This document shows, in pieces, positions 56,443-64,000 of a stretch of 64,000 nucleotides of DNA (within the stretch, counting starts at the first letter, position 1; every line of letters starts with the position of its first letter). Source of the stretch: the human T2T-CHM13v2.0 reference genome, Homo sapiens; assembly GCF_009914755.1 (NCBI RefSeq), contig NC_060939.1. One strand, given 5' to 3'. The notes beneath the pieces are model-generated. The model was not told where the DNA came from. It saw nothing but the letters and a program-made list of their open reading frames with translations, and made no database searches. The position numbers were made by a program, and so were the translations under genes.

Positions 56443-57205
56443 GCTCAACTTCACTGGCCATTAGAGAAAAATGCAAATCAAAACCACAATGAGATACCAT
56501 CTTACACCAGTCAGAATGGCTATTATTAAAAAGTCAAAAAATAACATGCTGGCAAAGCTGTGGAGAAAAAGGAATGCTTTTACACTGTTGGTGGGAGAGT
56601 AAATTAGTTCAACTATTGTGAAAGACAATGTGGCAATTCCTCAAAGACCTACAGACAGAACTGCCATTAGACCCAGCAATCCTGTTACTGGGTATACACC
56701 CAAAGGAGTATAAGTCATTCTGTTATAAAGACATATGCACATGTATGTTCATTAAAACACCATTCACAATAGCAAAGACATGGAATCAACCTATAGATGC
56801 CCATCAATGACAGACTGGATTTTAAAAAATGTGGTACATATACACTATGGAATACCATGCAGCCATAAAATAAAATGAGATCATGACTTTGCAGGCACAT
56901 GGATGGAGCTGGGGGCCATACTCCTTAGTAAACTAACATAGGAACAGAAAACCACATACTACATTTTTTCACTTGTAAGTGGGAGTTAAATGATGAGAAC
57001 ACATGGACACACAGAGGAGAGCAACATACACTGGGGCCTATTAGAAGGTGGAGGGTGGGAGGAGGTTGAGTATCAGGAAAAATAACCAATGGGTACTAGG
57101 CTTAATACCTGGGTGACGAAATAATCTATGCAACAAACCCCCATGACACAACTTTATCTATGTAAAAACCTGCACGTGTACCCCTGGACTTAAAAGTTTA
57201 AAAAA
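55481..57205 (+). mobile_element. 5'-truncated older primate L1 (L1PA13-16/L1PB-like)
   Basis: ORFs 55790..56110 ([35 protein letters not shown]) and 56628..56810 are L1 ORF2; 3' UTR gggtactaggcttaatacctgggtgacgaaataatc. Confidence 0.93.
56231..56436. repeat. Compound (AT)n/(AC)n microsatellite inside the L1
   Basis: 206 bp alternating purine-pyrimidine. Confidence 0.97.
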
Positions 57206-57777
57206 TGTAGTTTTCAATACTGTTAGTTATCTTTTTGTTATTGACACGATTCCTAACTTAATTTCATTTTGATCAGCAGATGTGATCTGTATGAAAAATT
57301 CCTTGAAATTTTATTGAGATTTGGAGAACTTTTGCTTTTTTTTTTAAAGTCTTAATATTGCTTGACTTTTTAAATTCTATTCATGCATTATGTTGATAAA
57401 ATTTAATCAAGTACTGTATGAAAGTTAATGCAGTCTATTTGTTAATAAAGAAACCAACCTAAAATAACTTCATATTTTAAGAGCCTCACATTACCAAAAT
57501 CGGTCATTCTACATATGTTTATTTATTTATAGACTATCATGCTCTCCAAAGATTTAAAAAGGTGATATTATGTTACCTGCCAATAGCTGGCATTCTTAAA
57601 ATTGTATCACAAACACAGGTTACCATGAAAGCAAAATACAAATAGAACTAGAAAATGGAGATACATTTTAAACTTTTCCTTGCATTGGGTGGTTTTTTCT
57701 TGGTACACACTGAAGGAATTCATCTCTGAGAATCTGGCTAAAATTCATTTGCTTTAACTGCATAGCTGCGCCCCAGT

Positions 57778-57780
<3 letters not shown>

Positions 57781-57811
<31 letters not shown>
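57781..57811. repeat. (AC)n microsatellite, about 15 units
   Basis: Directly visible. Confidence 0.95.
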
Positions 57812-57812
<1 letters not shown>

Positions 57813-57989
57813 CCACGCACACACAAATAGGGGAAATGGATTGTAACTAGCAGCCCCTGGGGTCCAGGAACCATAAGTGAATGAGAGATGAGGCTTCTGG
57901 TTAAAATTCAACCTCTTGCTTTCCTTTGGGATGACACTGGAGGATGTTTCATTATTCTTATTCCCAGTTCTCATGGTGGCAATGATGGT

Positions 57990-58200
57990 GGTAATAGCAT
58001 AGTGAAAGCACCATTGATGTGCCAAGCCCCAGGCCAAACATTTCACATACTACATTTTAATTTTCACAACCACCTTTGAAGCAGACATTAATATTACTCT
58101 TTCTTTACAGATGAGAAAACTGTACGAAGGGGCCTTAGAAAGATGAAGGGACTTGCCCCATGAATGATGACTCAGCCAGGCCTGTGGGGTTCAAGAAGCC
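57990..58200 (-). mobile_element. MIR
   Basis: atgtgccaagcccc...tttcacaaccacc...tttacagatgagaaaactg...gacttgccc. Confidence 0.7.
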
Positions 58201-60844
58201 CCTGCTGCCCTACCACACTACCACCTTCCATACTTAGTCTAGTGGTGACTCTCACCACACTGGGCATGCTAGAGAAGGCAGCTGGTCAGAAACTGGAGCT
58301 CAGCCCTCTGCTACAGCCTTGTCACTGGCTTCCTATGGCTCTGAGGCAAACGCCCAGATCTCAGCTTGATCTTGAATTCATAGGTATGAACTCTCTGTGC
58401 AGGTCTGTGAGTTCTACCTCCTTTTCCATGCACCTTCAGCCTCAGAGGCTCATCCTTTCCTGCAGTGGCAACTGAATGGCTGGGTTTTATAGGGCTAAGT
58501 TTTTCAGATACCTCCACACCCCAAGAGTATATGTATATACAACAAAAACATCATCATGGCCAAGCCTCTCCAATGTCTTACTAAAGCATTCTAAACAAAG
58601 TATGCTTTAGGCGTTTTACTGCTACATTCTGAATCACATTCTTCTCCAAGCAACCATCTCAACGTCTCATTTTTTCCATTAGTAAGATGATTATATACAG
58701 AGTGATCTATTTATAATGAGCCCCAGCTCAAGCAGTATAGCTTTCAGTTGGCCTCATTTTATATAAATCTTTCTTTGTTAATTAATGTGTCTTATCCCAG
58801 TGTTGCAAGGAACATTTATGTTCCTGAATTGGACAGGAAGGAAGCAAACCACACCCAAGGTGAAGGCTCCAAAATCTTTAGAGTCAATATGAATGTAATA
58901 ACCGTTTGAAAACAAAGTTTAAAGCTGGGTTTTGTGCATATTTTAAACTAAGGAAGTTGTACAACAGAGTCCACAAGAGAGTAAAAAGTGATGTGATAAT
59001 TAGGCGGCCATGAATTAACCCCCTGGTACTTGCAGCTCTGTACTATTTTTAAAGACCTCCTTCTCACCTCCTAAGATATTTTGGACATGCAAAATGCCTA
59101 ATGCGACTAATAAGGCACCTAGCATGAAAGTTAATTAATGAAAATGAAAACACGAAAACTCAGGTTATTTAGTAATAAGGGCCTGGAGCCAGATCCCAAT
59201 TAAACTACTCTTGTGGCGAAGGGAGGGATCAAAATGCCCAATAGGTTCCATCTGGCTGCTTCTGTGGGTCAACGTAGAGTCTCACGTCCGTGTCAAATTA
59301 GCTTTTCCACCCTCTTCTTTCCCTTGCAGTGAGAAGCTAAAGGCAGTCCTCCCCACACTGTACTGGGGAACTCCCAGGCTCTCCCACTCACATGTAAGGG
59401 GCTTGGCGGCTAAGAAATCCAGCTGGAAGCGAGCGAGCATGATTTGATTCACCCGCTCTTCAGAGTCCAATCCCTTTTGTCATTCACTCCACTGGAGGGG
59501 CCCCCTAAACCTCCAATCCCGTTTGTACCCCACCTAGGAGATCTGATAATGGTCCTGGCAGAGCTGTGGCTTTTCGTAACTTCTGGCAGGGGCCTCGCTG
59601 ACCCATAACATGACGACACACATGATTTCTTCTCATACTGTCTTTGTAAATTGACCATGGCTAACCTTGCTGCCCTAATCAGATCAATCAGAATAACATT
59701 TTTTTAGCTGCTGCACACAGGAAGCCTCCTGGGCTGAGGCATAACTCAGAGTCAGGCTGGGATACAGAAGGCAGATTTTTGAATTTCCAATGGTCTCAGG
59801 TTTCCTTTGCTTTTATCACAGTTGGTGAGCTTTGTAAGGTCCGTGTTTACAGCCATGCAAATTAGCCTCAGCTGGAGGGAAATCAGGTCAGGTCTAAATG
59901 AAATGAAGCTCTGGGTCAAAAGTATTTTATCAAAAATTGGAAGTGTGGCCATAGCACTGGGGTCCAGCCAGACTATCCTAGGAAGTAAGTGGACAGTTTT
60001 GTCTGGTGTAACCTGAGCTCCAGGCCTCTCGACCGTGGAAACTCTGCTAGGAGACGGAGGAAAAAATGGTGGAGGGCCACCCCAGCACAACGGGGGCTGG
60101 CCAGTTCCACCACTGGCTGCTGCCGCCAAATGCATTTCTGTTATGTAAGGACAACTGCAAAGAGAGAATACTGTATACCGGAAGGTGGGAACATTGTGGT
60201 TTGAGTCTGGTTTGCAGTATATCCCATGCCGCTCATTGACTAGGTAAAAATCTAAATTCACTGTTTCAATCTTACACACACTCAGTTTAAAAATGTATGT
60301 GGGAACGTATCCACATTCAGCTAAGTTCTGAGATTTTGCATCTGGAAAGCATATTTGCAAATTTTCACTCCAGATGCCATGTTAGGTATAGAAGTTAAGG
60401 TCAGAGGGGTTACATGACTGGACATACAACAACTACAACAACTAATAGTTACCTTCAAGACGAGATCTCTGGCTGCTAATTTCCACTGCAGTTTTCTCTA
60501 TCATATTTCCAGTACTTCAATACCCCCACTACATAAAAAACTTGGTTTGTTTAAAAATAACTCTCCAATATATATACCTTACATTTGGGGGATTATTAAA
60601 ATCAGAACAATTATTTCCTGAACCCCCATGTACCTATGGCTCATACAATATGCTACTGATGGTTTGAGACAGCTCTATCCATCTGATTAGGCCTGGATCT
60701 GAGCGCTAAGATATTGCTCAATGTGTAATACCCTCATCTATCTGCCTTCTAAAAATAAAATGAAAGTTGGCAGATCTTGAGTGTCTTCATCTGCAAAGAA
60801 GTCATGACCAGATCCTTGGAATTCATATAATTAAAGTTTATCTT

Positions 60845-60975
60845 TTGACAGATGAGAAACCTGAGATCGGAGAATTTAAAGGACTTGTTCGGGATTCGAT
60901 ATTTGGTTAGGGTCAGAGTCAGAATTAGAAATTATGTTTACTGACACCAAAGCTGGGCACTTTTTTCACTATACA
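60845..60975 (-). mobile_element. MIR fragment
   Basis: gacagatgagaaacctgagatcggagaatttaaaggacttgttc...cagagtcagaattagaa. Confidence 0.65.
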
Positions 60976-61077
60976 ATGACCAAAAAATAAAATTCAGTCT
61001 TGGCCAAGTGAATTTAAAGTCAGAACTTGCAGTTAAATGCAGACGAATGCCCATTTATCAAGTAATTAACAACACAA

Positions 61078-61352
61078 GGCTGGGCACGGAGGCTCACGCC
61101 TGTAATCCCAGCACTTTGGGAGGTCAAGGTGGGCGGATCACTTGAGGTCAGTAGTTGGAGACTAGCCTGGCCAACATGGTGAAACCCCATCTCTACTAAA
61201 AATACAAAAATTAGCCAGGCATGGTAGGTGTGCCTGTAGTCCCAGCTACTCTGGAGGCTGAGGCATGAGAATTGCTTGATGAACCTGAGAGGTGGAGGTT
61301 GCAGTGACTAGGCAACAGAGTGAGACTTTTTGTCTCAAAACAAACAAAAAAA
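61078..61352 (+). mobile_element. Alu, AluS-type, with a deletion in the right arm
   Basis: ggttgcagtga joins directly to ctaggcaacagag, skipping the gccgagatc...cactccagc segment. Confidence 0.93.
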
Positions 61353-62148
61353 TAAGCTGTGGGGTTGTTGCTGGAAACATTCCTTTGCTCTTTAGAACTA
61401 TGTGGTACTACGCAAGTTGCCCAACCCCTCTAAACTCCAGTTTTCTCATGTATAAAACAGGAACAATAATAGGAACCGTCTCACTGGGTTTTTGATCAAA
61501 TTAGTTAATATATGACAGGCACTTAACCAAAATTCCTCATTTAGCAGTGGCACTACTAGTGATATCTTTATTTTTTAATCTCCACTTGAATGACATCAAA
61601 TAAATCCAAGGTCATTGAGACTTCTCTGTTCATATTAAGCATGTGCCTGTGAGGGCATGTGCAGGGGCTGTTCTGACTATCACATACATGGGAGATGTGT
61701 GTATTTTGCAAAGCACTTACAAGTTCACCTTCAAAAGCATCCATGTGACCTGGACTTGCAACCGAAGTATACATATATGATCTTTCCCTATTCTTGTTAC
61801 ATCTTCACATACTTCTAGCTTGGAACTGAAGGCCAGAGGACTCACTATCACCATCAAGGTCCCAAGCACAGGCGCTCAGCCTCATCCTGTTGTCTAGCTC
61901 CAACCCCGTAACAGAATCTCAGAAAATGGCCTGGATTGAGGATAAATGAATGAGATTTGGGAAAATATAGGCGAGACTTCAAAACTTCCCTCAACGAGAA
62001 GATAAATATTTTTTAAAGCATAAATATTTAGAATGGTTCTCTCATAGCATATCCTGTACTTTTTTGTGTTTTCCAAACAGATAACCCCAAATCTATATTC
62101 AAATAAACTTTTGCTTTTCACTCTCTTCCGATATGGAAGATTTTAAAG

Positions 62149-62196
62149 ATGTGTGTGCGTGTGCGTGTGTGTGTGTGTGTGCGTGCGCGCACGTGT
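62149..62196. repeat. Mixed (GT)/(GC) alternating purine-pyrimidine tract
   Basis: atgtgtgtgcgtgtgcgtgtgtgtgtgtgtgtgcgtgcgcgcacgtgt. Confidence 0.93.
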
Positions 62197-62529
62197 CTGT
62201 GTGTGTGGTGAGAAAGGAATTCCAGAATCAGTCCCAAAGACGCTAACTCTAATATTCCATATATTTTTATACTGCAATCATTCATTCTAAGCACTGGAAC
62301 CATGGCTACTAATGATTTTTTTTCTGCTAATACCTTCAAGTCTTTCTAATATGCAATTGACTCCCAATACTCTGTGTGGGTAATTTGCTGTGAAATTTGG
62401 CCTCATGGTCCACAATAGAGATATGAGAAGACTAAAGAGAGAGCTGGGGGCAGTTACTCTCTTCCAGGTTCCTGTTCTGGGGGTTCTAGGATCCATGCGA
62501 CTTTTATCTTTGTATCTCAGCATTCTAAG

Positions 62530-62543
62530 GTGCCCTCTTGTGG
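62530..62543 (-). promoter_or_regulatory. Candidate CTCF core motif
   Basis: Minus strand CCACAAGAGGGCAC matches CCASYAGRKGGCRS at 13 of 14 positions. Motif only; binding not shown. Confidence 0.55.
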
Positions 62544-63646
62544 TGTGGGGTAGGAAAAGAGCATCCTAAATGCAGCTGGCTGGAGACACAAATCCAGATC
62601 AAGTTACTGTTGAACAGCCAACAAGAGAAACATGGTTGAACTCCAAGAATAATACTCAGATGCAGCATTCTGAAAGAATCATTGATATTCATATTTGACA
62701 AGTCCTAACCACTCTTTTTTTTTTTTAAAAAAATAAGCAAATAAAATAAACGTACAACTTCTGGGGCTGTCTCATTTCCAAATAAAATTTACAAGGTGGA
62801 ATTTTTGTAAACTGGTGCCTGTCATGGAGCTCCTGTTTCCTTTCAGTAAATGCGGCCAGTCAGGAGTCCTTAAACTGAAGAACAGGAAAGCCCTGATCAT
62901 TCCAGATATCACTCAAGAAATCGGGACAGAGCGCTAGTTTAGGCCCCCAGGTCATATATTAGTACAATCAACACATGGGCAAGTTATTTCACTCACTTCT
63001 ATAGATGATAATCCCTAACCCCATTGCTCAGTTGTCAACACGTGAAAAACGTAAAGGGGTAGACAAACCTATCACCACCCTCATATAAAAAAACTAACGC
63101 ACATTCCTTACACCGAGGGAGCCCAGAGAAATTATCTTTGTACACCAAAGCTGAAATAATATAAACTTGGAAAGCAATAGGTTATGAAAACCCTATAAAT
63201 TTATGTTCAGGCTTCCAAACAATGTTCTTCTTCCACCCTTCTCCCCTCCCCAATAAACTGAGACATAAAGTCTGGGATTTGAGAATTACAGCTATGATCC
63301 TTGCCAAAGTGACCAAATTACAATCAATGCTGAAGGCTTTTGGCACCACAAAATTTCAACAGACTAGTATCTGCTGAACCATCACAACCCCCTTCCCCCA
63401 AAGTGTTTGGGGAATAGCCATTATCTCATTAATTCTTAAGAAATATCTATTAAAAAGACAGAGACAGAGAGGGAGACGGGGAGAGAGGAATCCTTTTACA
63501 TATCTTACAGAAGAGGAAACAAACAGAGATGATTTATAATTTAGTCAGATCATGGCATCTCAAAAAAGGAGGAATATTGGCAGATCATGCTGATTTTCAG
63601 AATGTCGTTGGGCAAGTTTAAAACACAATTGGAAAGTTTATCAGAG

Positions 63647-63652
<6 letters not shown>

Positions 63653-63682
<30 letters not shown>
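63653..63682. repeat. T30 homopolymer
   Basis: Directly visible; not attached to a recognisable Alu or L1 body. Confidence 0.95.
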
Positions 63683-63685
<3 letters not shown>

Positions 63686-64000
63686 GGAACCAGGAGAAAG
63701 AATCACAGACAATGAAGGTGGATTTCTGGCTCCTTGTCAAGGTGCTGACCTACCTTGCTCAGGAACAAATGTCACTTAGAGACAGTGTAAATATGACATA
63801 TTGACAGGGGAAACTCTTTATCTTTCAGTGAAAAGAGACTATACAAACACGATATGTACTACTAGATGTCCGAATGTATCACTAACGGAAGTTGTGGGAT
63901 ACTTCCATGAATATCAACAAACAAGAATAATCTAGAGATTCCCATTTGCAAATAGTTTTAGGAATTGACACATTAATGCTTTAAGACCTTAAAAACCTTG

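Noticed and set aside
56115-56500. Tyr/Ile-repeat ORFs on both strands
   Set aside because: Translations of the AT/AC microsatellite.
55790-56810. L1 ORF2 peptides as a possible active or domesticated gene
   Set aside because: 5'-truncated, with stops, frameshifts and a microsatellite interruption.
59752-60360. Longest ORF in the track (202 aa, minus strand)
   Set aside because: Starts at TTG, resembles no protein I recognise, and is not part of the FH2 frame. Most likely a chance ORF in a GC-richer block; PhyloCSF or ribosome profiling would settle it.

Overview
Primate (very probably human) genomic DNA from inside the formin-1 gene (FMN1), transcribed on the minus strand. Six GT-AG coding exons (88, 62, 89, 130, 147 and 60 nt) splice into one 576-nt open frame encoding 192 aa of the FH2 actin-nucleation domain ([16 protein letters not shown]...[16 protein letters not shown]...YYLRYYDQ). 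The rest is intron: Alus, a near full-length old L1 with five nested Alus, other L1/L2/MIR fragments, DNA transposon relics, microsatellites and a retroposed U13 snoRNA copy. Nearly all ORFs in the supplied track are repeat-derived or chance. I cannot demonstrate a new biological system here. The best leads are hypotheses: a stop-less circular RNA from the six exons bracketed by inverted Alus, a candidate poison exon in the L1 5' region, a candidate intronic poly(A) site behind a weak donor, and candidate GREM1-domain regulatory elements (a CTCF motif and repeat-poor homeobox-motif clusters). Gene and repeat names come from my recall of protein and consensus sequences, not from searches; subfamily calls and old-repeat boundaries are approximate.
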